DNA of 59,819 nucleotides, counting the filler. It is 4 parts of 4 records of this genome, joined end to end, with 100 filler letters (N's around TTAATTAATTAA, not from the genome) between each part and the next. Parts side by side here need not be neighbours in the genome. Positions count along the whole stretch, not along the records: positions 49,761 to 59,819 come from DRR723986_1740; 3 more parts are not named here. One strand, written 5' to 3'. The translations under genes were made by a program, and so were the position numbers. The notes under the pieces were generated by a model. The model did no database searches, was not told where the DNA came from, and saw only the letters and a list, made by a program, of their open reading frames with translations. Shown in pieces: positions 50,872 through 58,481 of this stretch (the stretch's first letter is position 1; each line of letters starts with the position of its first letter).

Positions 50872-51969
50872 TCAAGACAGACTTTGCTCGTAGTCCTGGT
50901 ATGAAAACTCACGAGCAACGTGGACTGTGCCGTCCACTTCCTTGACCGCAATCGCGGGCATTTTCACGCCATTAAACCAGTTTTTCTTGACCATCGTGTA
51001 ACCCGCCGCGTCCTGAATGGAAACCCGGTCACCGGTCTTGAGTTCGGCAGGGAAGTTGAACTCGCCGAATATGTCGCCGGCAAGGCAGGACTTGCCACAG
51101 ATCATGTAGCTGTGCGGCCCTTCGTTGGGGGTCACCTTCGCGGTCTCGCGGTAAATCAGCAGATCGAGCATATGAGCTTCGATGGACGCATCGACGATGG
51201 CCAGGTTCTTGCCGTTGAAGAGCGTGTCCAGCACCGTCGTCTCCAGTGTGGTCGACCGGGTGATCGAGGCTTCGCCCGGTTCCAGGTAGACCTGAACGCC
51301 GTATTTTTCGGCGAAGGTCTTGAGGCGGTCGGCGAAGAGGTCGAGTGGGTAGTCGTCCCCCGTGAAATGGATACCGCCCCCAAGGCTCACCCATTGCGCC
51401 CGGCTCAAAAGCCCGCCGAACTTTTCCTCGATATCGCCAAGCATGCGGTCGAACAGCGTAAAATCGGCATTTTCGCAGTTGTTATGGATCATGAAACCGC
51501 TGATCCGGTCCATGACCTTTTCAATCTTGGTGACGTCCCATTCTCCGAGGCGGGAGAAAGGTCGGGCCGGGTCGGCAAGGTCGAAACTGGAGGAGCTGAC
51601 CATCGGGTTAAGGCGCAGCCCGCGCACGATGCCGGCGGATTTGTCCGCGAACCGTTCCAGCTGGCTGATGGAATTGAAGATGATCTTGTCGGCATGGGAG
51701 ATCACTTCATCGATCTCGTAGTCGGCATAGGCCACGGAATAGGCGTGGGTTTCCTTGCCGAAGCGCTCATGCCCCAGCCGGACTTCGTTCAGCGAAGACG
51801 AAGTGGTGCCGTCCATGTACTCGCGCATGAAGTCGAATACACACCAGGTCGCAAAGCACTTGAGCGCCAGCAGGGCCTTCGCGCCAGACCGCTCTCGAAC
51901 GTAGGCGATCTTCTCCATGTTGCGGAGCAGCTTCGCCTTGTCGATCAGATAGTAGGGTGTCTCGATCAT
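50872..51969 (-). CDS. nspC: Carboxy(nor)spermidine decarboxylase
   Basis: MIETPYY, LLALKCF (PLP Lys), GLRLNP, LGGG, EPGE, SCLAGD, YTMVK. Confidence 0.95.
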   Translation of the reverse strand: MIETPYYLIDKAKLLRNMEKIAYVRERSGAKALLALKCFATWCVFDFMREYMDGTTSSSLNEVRLGHERFGKETHAYSVAYADYEIDEVISHADKIIFNSISQLERFADKSAGIVRGLRLNPMVSSSSFDLADPARPFSRLGEWDVTKIEKVMDRISGFMIHNNCENADFTLFDRMLGDIEEKFGGLLSRAQWVSLGGGIHFTGDDYPLDLFADRLKTFAEKYGVQVYLEPGEASITRSTTLETTVLDTLFNGKNLAIVDASIEAHMLDLLIYRETAKVTPNEGPHSYMICGKSCLAGDIFGEFNFPAELKTGDRVSIQDAAGYTMVKKNWFNGVKMPAIAVKEVDGTVHVAREFSYQDYEQSLS

Positions 51970-52118
51970 CTGGTTCCGTCGCCATCGTTGCCTGCGACCG
52001 GTTCGGGCCGCGCGGACAGGTGATTGGGAGCGATTTCCGGTTGCCCGGTTGTCCGGACCGGCCGGTTCGCCACAAGGCGTTCCAGCTTCGCTGTCGGCGT
52101 GACGGATACCGTCTCCAT
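51966..52118 (-). CDS. Candidate leader peptide/uORF (50 aa, METVSVTP..DGTR) coupled to nspC
   Basis: Open frame from ATG52118; its TGA overlaps the nspC ATG (ATGA); below the ORF-track cutoff. Confidence 0.5.
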   Translation of the reverse strand: METVSVTPTAKLERLVANRPVRTTGQPEIAPNHLSARPEPVAGNDGDGTR

Positions 52119-52360
52119 GCAGGACCTTGCAAGGGCCCGAGGCGTCTTTCTTGCTACAGCTGGTCAGCCGGCTGAACCGCAATCTCCCGGTTTCACCGAG
52201 TTGCTATGCTTTACGTGAATGGAACGCAGAACAGTTATGCAAAAATAGGAGGGAGATTCGTGCTTTCACTCATTGAAATCTTAACTTTCCTCCCGTATTT
52301 GTCCGGCAGATCAAATATTCACCAGCCCACTCAAGAGTTGGGCAAATTCTGGAGGTCGGC

Positions 52361-52483
52361 ATGACCCGGGACGATCTCATTCGCGAATACAAGGCACAGA
52401 GCGGCTCCTGGCCGGCGCTTGTCGGCGTTTACGCCGTTATCGTGGGTGCGATGGCTCTTTCCGGCTACCTGATGGTCGGCTGA
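52361..52483 (+). CDS. Small single-TM protein (40 aa)
   Basis: GGAGGT SD, MTRDDLIREYKAQSGSWPALVGVYAVIVGAMALSGYLMVG, followed by a strong hairpin. Confidence 0.7.
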   Translation: MTRDDLIREYKAQSGSWPALVGVYAVIVGAMALSGYLMVG

Positions 52484-52516
52484 TCCCGCACGCCTGACGA
52501 AAAGTCGGCAGAGTTT

Positions 52517-52556
52517 CAATCACCCCCGGAGCGACCTCCGGGGGTGATTGCATTTT
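52517..52556. terminator. Strong hairpin between convergent small ORF and ABC operon
   Basis: 15-bp perfect stem caatcacccccggag-cgac-ctccgggggtgattg, then catttt. Confidence 0.75.
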
Positions 52557-52578
52557 AAGGCAGGCAAACCGCCAGCGA

Positions 52579-54237
52579 TCAGACGTCGGCGGCTTCGCCA
52601 ATGGCGTCGGTGCCGCGCTCTTCCAGAAGCGTCGTCAGCCAGTTCGGATCCATTTCGGGAACCGAAGACAGCAGCAAATCCGTGTAGGGATGATGCGGCG
52701 GCGTGAACATCTCGTCCTTCGGCCCCTGCTCCACCACCTTGCCGCGCTGCATCACCACAACCTCGTCCGCGATGGAGCGCACCGTCGCCAGGTCATGGGT
52801 AATGAACATGTAGGCCAGGTTGAACTCCTGCTGCAGCCGATCGAGCAGCTTCAGGATACCTTCCGCCACAAGCTGGTCGAGCGCGCTCGTCACCTCGTCG
52901 CAGATGATGAAGGCCGGATCGGCCGCCAGGGCCCTGGCAATGCCCACACGCTGTTTCTGGCCGCCGGAAAGCTCCGGCGGATAACGATTGTAGAATTTTG
53001 ACGGGTCCAGCTCGATCAGGTCCAAAAGCTCATCGACACGGTTTTTCAGTTTCGCGCCGTGCAGCCCGCCATAGAACTGGGCCGGACGACCGATGATCTC
53101 GCTGATCCTGATCTTCGGGTTCAGCGCGGTATCGGCCATCTGGTAGATCATCTGCGCCTGGCGAAGCTGATCCTTGCTGCGGTCCTGATAGCGCGGCGGC
53201 AACGGCTCGCCCTTGAACAGGATCTGCCCCTTGGTGGGCGGCAGCAGACCGGTGATGCAGCGCGCCGTCGTAGACTTGCCGGAACCGGATTCGCCGACAA
53301 CCGCAACCGTCATGCCCGGATAGATGTCGAAGGAAACATCATCCAACACCTTGGTCTTGCCGTAGGCCGCATCAATTCCCTGCACGGAAACGATCGGAAT
53401 GGCACCTGCCTCGGTCGGGCGCTGCTTCTGCGGCCGCTGGAAGCTGCGGACGGCCCAAAGGCTCTTGGTGTAGTCCTCCTTGGGAGACCCGAGCATCTGC
53501 TCGGTCGGCGCCTCCTCGACTTCCTCGCCCTTGAGCAGCACCTTGATAGTGTCGGCCATCTGCGCCACCACCGCCAGATCGTGCGTGATGTAGATCGCCG
53601 CGGTGTTGAACTGGTCGACAATGTCCCGGATCGCCGCCAGAACCTCGATCTGCGTGGTTACGTCCAGCGCGGTGGTCGGCTCATCGAAGATGATGAGATC
53701 CGGCCGGCACGCCATGGCCATGGCGGTCATCGCGCGCTGCAGCTGGCCGCCGGAGACCTGGTGGGGATAGCGGAAGCCGATTTCGTTCGGGTTGGGAAGG
53801 CGCAGCCGCTCGTACAGCTGCATGGCGTCTTCCTGCGCCTCGACCCGCTTTTGAATGCGGTACTGGATCGGCGCTTCCGTGTGCTGGTCGATAATCCGGT
53901 GTGCCGGATTGAACGAGGCAGCAGCCGACTGGGCGACATAGGCGATGCGCGATCCGCGCAACGCGCGGAGATCGCTCTCCGGCGTCGTCGTCAGTTCCAT
54001 GCCGTCGAACTCGATCGAGCCGCCGGAAATCCGGCAGCCGTCGCGGGCAAAGCCCATGGAGGCGAGGCCGATGGTCGATTTGCCCGCACCCGATTCTCCG
54101 ATCAGCCCCAACACTTCCCCCTTGTGCAGGGTAAGATTGACGCCATGAACGATCTCGACCCATTTTTCGTCCGAGTATCCCTCGATCCGGAGATCGGTGA
54201 CCCGAAGCAGTACGTCTTTTTTCGGCACCATTCTCAA
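52579..54237 (-). CDS. ABC transporter fused dual ATPase (Dpp/Opp type)
   Basis: Two Walker A (GESGAGKS, GESGSGKS), two signature motifs, HPYT. Confidence 0.95.
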   Translation of the reverse strand: MRMVPKKDVLLRVTDLRIEGYSDEKWVEIVHGVNLTLHKGEVLGLIGESGAGKSTIGLASMGFARDGCRISGGSIEFDGMELTTTPESDLRALRGSRIAYVAQSAAASFNPAHRIIDQHTEAPIQYRIQKRVEAQEDAMQLYERLRLPNPNEIGFRYPHQVSGGQLQRAMTAMAMACRPDLIIFDEPTTALDVTTQIEVLAAIRDIVDQFNTAAIYITHDLAVVAQMADTIKVLLKGEEVEEAPTEQMLGSPKEDYTKSLWAVRSFQRPQKQRPTEAGAIPIVSVQGIDAAYGKTKVLDDVSFDIYPGMTVAVVGESGSGKSTTARCITGLLPPTKGQILFKGEPLPPRYQDRSKDQLRQAQMIYQMADTALNPKIRISEIIGRPAQFYGGLHGAKLKNRVDELLDLIELDPSKFYNRYPPELSGGQKQRVGIARALAADPAFIICDEVTSALDQLVAEGILKLLDRLQQEFNLAYMFITHDLATVRSIADEVVVMQRGKVVEQGPKDEMFTPPHHPYTDLLLSSVPEMDPNWLTTLLEERGTDAIGEAADV

Positions 54238-55298
54238 ACCTCCTTCAGGCCGGAAGACCGGAACAGCATCCAGTCGACGACGAAATTCACCGCGACAGTC
54301 AGAAGCGCAATGGCGGCCGCCGGGATCAGCGGCGTCATTTCGCCAAATGAAATCAGTGTCGCGTTTTCACGCACCATGGAGCCCCAGTCGGCGGTCGGCG
54401 GCTGAATGCCGAGGCCAAGGAACGACAGGCCTGCGATCAACAGGAACACGAAGCAGAATTCGAGACCGAATTCGGCGATCAGTGGCGCTGTCGAGTTTGG
54501 CAGGATTTCACGGCGGATCAGGTACCAGGTGCCCTCGCCGCGCAGCTTGGCCGCTTCGATGTAGTCCATCACCACCACGTTGCCGGCAACCGCCCGGGTG
54601 AGACGGAAGACGCGTGGCGAATAGATGACGGCAACGACGATCACGATCACCACCAGGTTGGTGCCGAAGATACTGAGCATCAGCAGGGCGAAGATCAGTG
54701 ACGGTACCGACATGATGACGTCTGCGACACGGCCGATGAGCTGATCGAACCAACCGCCCTTGGTGGCGGCAAGCAGGCCTGCAAATGCTCCCATGAAGAA
54801 GGCCAGCATGGTTGCCAGCAGCGCGAGGCCGACAGAGTTGCGCGCGCCGTAGATGATGCGGCTGAACATGTCGCGGCCGAGCTGGTCTGCCCCCAGAAGC
54901 ATGGTTTCATCCGGCGGTGCAAAGGCCGACGAGATGACCTGTGCTTCACCGAAAGGTGCAATCACGGGGGCAAAGACCCCGGCGATGGCGTAGGTGAAGA
55001 TCACGAACATGCCGAAGGCCGCTGTGAGAGGTGCGGTCCGCAACTCCTTGGAAACACCGGCGGGCGTGATGATGATCAGGAACTCCCGGAACGCGAAGGA
55101 TGTCCCGGCGGCCAGTGCCAGAAGACCGGCAGCCGTAGTAATGAACCGGAGCGCCGGAGCGCCGCCGATGATCCCCGCGATGAAGGAGATCATCGTCAGG
55201 GAAAAGACAAGAATGAAGATCTTGCGCTTGTTGAAATAGGCCGCCAGGCAGGAAGCCCCGATCAGCAGCGCATAGTAGCCAATAACGAATGTGCTCAT
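54234..55298 (-). CDS. ABC permease (DppC-type) with N-terminal TM extension
   Basis: LGADQLGRD, YIEAAKLRGE, LSFLGLGIQPP. Confidence 0.93.
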   Translation of the reverse strand: MSTFVIGYYALLIGASCLAAYFNKRKIFILVFSLTMISFIAGIIGGAPALRFITTAAGLLALAAGTSFAFREFLIIITPAGVSKELRTAPLTAAFGMFVIFTYAIAGVFAPVIAPFGEAQVISSAFAPPDETMLLGADQLGRDMFSRIIYGARNSVGLALLATMLAFFMGAFAGLLAATKGGWFDQLIGRVADVIMSVPSLIFALLMLSIFGTNLVVIVIVVAVIYSPRVFRLTRAVAGNVVVMDYIEAAKLRGEGTWYLIRREILPNSTAPLIAEFGLEFCFVFLLIAGLSFLGLGIQPPTADWGSMVRENATLISFGEMTPLIPAAAIALLTVAVNFVVDWMLFRSSGLKEV

Positions 55299-55308
55299 GT
55301 CGCTGCCC

Positions 55309-56265
55309 TTACTTCGGATGCCGCAAACGCGGATTGGTCAGGATCGCGCCCACATCGGCTGCCAGGTTCAGCAGGATGAAGGTTGCCGCGAAGATCAGAC
55401 AGCAGGCCTGCACGATCGGGAAATCGCGTTTGGCAACCGCGTCCACCAGAAGCTGGCCCACGCCCGGATAGACGAAGACCACTTCCACCAGAACCACGCC
55501 GGTAATGAGGTAGGCGAGATTGAGTGCGACGACGTTGATGATCGGCGCCCAGGCGTTGGGCAGAGCATGTTTGACGATCACCTTCCAGGGCGGAACGCCT
55601 TTCAGCCGCGCCATCTCGATGTAGGGCGAGGCCAGAAGGTTGATGATCGCCGCGCGTGTCATGCGCATCATGTGCGCCGTCACCACCAGCACCAGGGTCA
55701 GCGCCGGCAGGAAGGTTCGATGCAACAGATCCCCGAAGCTCATGTCCGCGCTGAGGCTGGCAATGGCGGGGAAGTAGTTGGTCTTGACCGCCAGGTAGAG
55801 AATGAGGATGTAGCCGAGAAAGAATTCCGGAGAGGAAATCGATGTCAGCGTGACCACGTTGGCGACCCTGTCGAACAGGGTATTGCGCAGGAGAGCGACA
55901 ATCACGCCGAGAACGATGGAAACCGGCACCGCGATGACAGCCGCATAGGTCGCCAGGAAAAGCGTGTTGACGAACCGGTCGCTGATGGCAGCACTGACCC
56001 GCTCGCCAGAGACGAGCGAGACGCCGAAGTCACCGGTGAGTGCACCGCCGAGCCATTGGAAATATCGCAGGATCGCGGGCTGGTCGAGGCCGAGCTTCTC
56101 TCGCAGGGCGGCGACGGTTTCAGGCGTTGCTCCCTGTCCAAGAACGGCCTGGGCAATGTCGCCGGGCAGCAGTTCAACTGCAAAAAAGATCAGGATAGAG
56201 ACCACTAGTAGCGTGATCGCACCTAAGCCAAGTCTCTTAAGGACCAGCTGTAGGATGTCCCCCAT
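55309..56265 (-). CDS. ABC permease (DppB-type)
   Basis: LPGDIA, GDFGVSL, YIEMARLKG, HALPNA, RDFP; SD ggaggg. Confidence 0.93.
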   Translation of the reverse strand: MGDILQLVLKRLGLGAITLLVVSILIFFAVELLPGDIAQAVLGQGATPETVAALREKLGLDQPAILRYFQWLGGALTGDFGVSLVSGERVSAAISDRFVNTLFLATYAAVIAVPVSIVLGVIVALLRNTLFDRVANVVTLTSISSPEFFLGYILILYLAVKTNYFPAIASLSADMSFGDLLHRTFLPALTLVLVVTAHMMRMTRAAIINLLASPYIEMARLKGVPPWKVIVKHALPNAWAPIINVVALNLAYLITGVVLVEVVFVYPGVGQLLVDAVAKRDFPIVQACCLIFAATFILLNLAADVGAILTNPRLRHPK

Positions 56266-56416
56266 TTGTCCCTCCAGAATAGGAAAGCCCGGCACGGCAC
56301 ATAGCGCCGCCGGACACATATCGGGCAGGTTCCTGTCAGCTCTTTTTGCTTTGCGTTGGCAGGAGCCCTGTCCGTCCAGGTCGGCCCGTCCCGCGTCCGG
56401 GGCAGGGCCAAATTGC

Positions 56417-56440
56417 AGGCGGCGGCCTTAGCCGCCGCCT
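56417..56440. repeat. 10-bp perfect hairpin after the substrate-binding protein gene (mRNA-stabilising type)
   Basis: aggcggcggc-ctta-gccgccgcct. Confidence 0.6.
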
Positions 56441-56450
56441 AACCCCTCAA

Positions 56451-58061
56451 TCAGGACTCGAACCACCAGCGGCTGGCGGCGCGCGCGCCGTCATTTTCCC
56501 AGCTGGCAGCCAGTTTCTCAGGCGTGCCTACCTTCGCGCTGTTGGCGTAAACGAAGTTGTTGAAGAACGGGATGATAGTGCCGCCATCGTCCCGGGCCAG
56601 CATCGCCATCTCGCGGTACATTTCCGCGCGCCGGGTATCGTCCAACTCGGCCTTGGCCTGAAGCAGAAGCTCGTTGAAGCGCGGGTTTTTCCAGTGAGAC
56701 TCGTTCCAGGCCGCGTCGTTCTTGTAGGCCAGCGTGTACATGACATCAGGTGTCGGACGCGCGCCCCAGGACACGAGACAGAACGGCTTCTTCAGCCAGA
56801 CGTCGGAATAGTAGCCGTCGTTCGGTTCACGCACGACATTGATGTTGATACCCGCCGCCTTGGCGTGTTCGGCATAAAGTACCGCCATGTCGACTGCACC
56901 CGCATAGACGCTGTCCGCGGTGCTGAGGCTGACCGTGAGACCTTCCGCACCCGCTTTCTTGAGCAGGGACTTGGCCTGGTCCGGATCGTAATCACGCTGC
57001 GGGATGTCGTCCGGCCAGTAAGGCTGGGCCGGCGAATGGTGGAAGTCATTGCCCTTGGTGGCTGCACCGAAGGTGATCTTCTCGATGATATCATCCCGGT
57101 TCATGGCCAGCTTCAGAGCGTTGCGCACGTCCGGATTGTCGAACGGTGCCGTGTCGCAGAACATCGGCAGCGTGATCGCGCCCGCGGACGGGATGTTGTG
57201 GATCTTGATGTTCGGATTGCGCTGCAGCAGACCCATGGTCTTCAGCTCGATCAGCGAGACCGCATCCACGTCGCCGGTCACAAGTGCCGTCTGGCGAGCG
57301 TTCGGATCGTTCAGGGTGATCAGCTCGACCTTGTCGAAATAGGCGCCCTCACGGTGCCAGCCGTCATGCCGGCTGAGGCTGAACTGGACGCCGAACTCGC
57401 CGTTGTCGATCTTGTAGGGACCGGTGCCGTCACCGGACTGCCAGTCGATCGTGCCGTCGTCGTTGGCCGGGCAGATCGCCATGTGATAGTCGGTCATCAG
57501 CCATGGGAAGTCGGCGTTGCCGCCGGACAGCTTCACGACAACGGTGTAGTCGCCATCCTTGGTGATGTCGGTGACATCCGTCAGCAGCGCCTTGGCTGCG
57601 GAGGTTGTCTTGTCGCCGCGGTGGTGGTTCAGCGATGCGATGACGTCGTCAGCCGTCAGTTTCCTGCCGCTGTGGAACTCGGCGTTTTCAGTGATCTTGA
57701 AGGTCCATTCGGACGCATCCTCGCTGGCTTCCCAGCTGTCGGCCAGATCCGGCCCAAGCGACCCGTCGCCCATGATCATCGTCAGGTAGCTGCGGTGCGT
57801 GTGGGCGAGGAAAATCATCACGCGGGTCAGATAGGTGCCCGGATCGTGAGAATCTGAGGTGTTGCCGTCGTGGATCCCCCAGCGGAACGTTCCGCCCTGC
57901 TTGGGCTGGGCTTTCGCCTCGGTCGACCACAGGCCTGTTGCGGTGCTTGCTGTCAGTCCGGCCAGCACGGAGTAGCGAAGGAAATCACGTTTACTGATCC
58001 CTCCCGTGCGGGCCGCTGCTTCAAGCCTTTCGAGCATCTCGGCATCTTTGGACTTCGTCAT
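56451..58061 (-). CDS. ABC substrate-binding protein, family 5, Tat-like signal
   Basis: ISKRDFL, PDLADSWE, FHSGRKLTADDV, GTGPYK, PFDNPDVR. Confidence 0.93.
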   Translation of the reverse strand: MTKSKDAEMLERLEAAARTGGISKRDFLRYSVLAGLTASTATGLWSTEAKAQPKQGGTFRWGIHDGNTSDSHDPGTYLTRVMIFLAHTHRSYLTMIMGDGSLGPDLADSWEASEDASEWTFKITENAEFHSGRKLTADDVIASLNHHRGDKTTSAAKALLTDVTDITKDGDYTVVVKLSGGNADFPWLMTDYHMAICPANDDGTIDWQSGDGTGPYKIDNGEFGVQFSLSRHDGWHREGAYFDKVELITLNDPNARQTALVTGDVDAVSLIELKTMGLLQRNPNIKIHNIPSAGAITLPMFCDTAPFDNPDVRNALKLAMNRDDIIEKITFGAATKGNDFHHSPAQPYWPDDIPQRDYDPDQAKSLLKKAGAEGLTVSLSTADSVYAGAVDMAVLYAEHAKAAGININVVREPNDGYYSDVWLKKPFCLVSWGARPTPDVMYTLAYKNDAAWNESHWKNPRFNELLLQAKAELDDTRRAEMYREMAMLARDDGGTIIPFFNNFVYANSAKVGTPEKLAASWENDGARAASRWWFES

Positions 58062-58294
58062 CTGTCTCCCCTTCCGGTTCTTCTTAAACAGTCACTTGCC
58101 AATTTCCCAAACGTAGCATCCGTTGTTTTTTTGTAACCATGATGCTCATTTGCGACATTTACATAGCAAAACACGAACTGCCCCTGCTCGGCCACCCCCA
58201 TGGGTAAATTCCTCATTTAAAATGTTTAATGTTGACTGGTTGCCCAGATATTGTGCACAGCAACATTATTATGAATGATTTTTGATTTTCAGAC

Positions 58295-58310
58295 AGGCAC
58301 GGAAAATGCT
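58295..58310 (+). promoter_or_regulatory. Candidate sigma54 -24/-12 promoter upstream of mttB-like gene
   Basis: aGGCACggaaaatGCT with exact GG-N10-GC spacing. Confidence 0.4.
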
Positions 58311-58481
58311 ACGCGCATATATTCTGGTCTACTGATGCAGATCTCAGATAATTCTTTTAGATGAAAAACGATTATTCTCCAACAATGTCGGAAAATGCAG
58401 TGCCAGTTCGTATTTCGGCACTGTCGGGCGGTAAATCAGGCGCATTCTTCTTGTCAAAATAACCGATTACCGGAGAACAAG

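Noticed and set aside
51970..52200. nspC leader as the known alphaproteobacterial speF RNA motif or a standard riboswitch
   Set aside because: I could not match recognisable conserved blocks by eye; left as an unassigned candidate pending cmscan.
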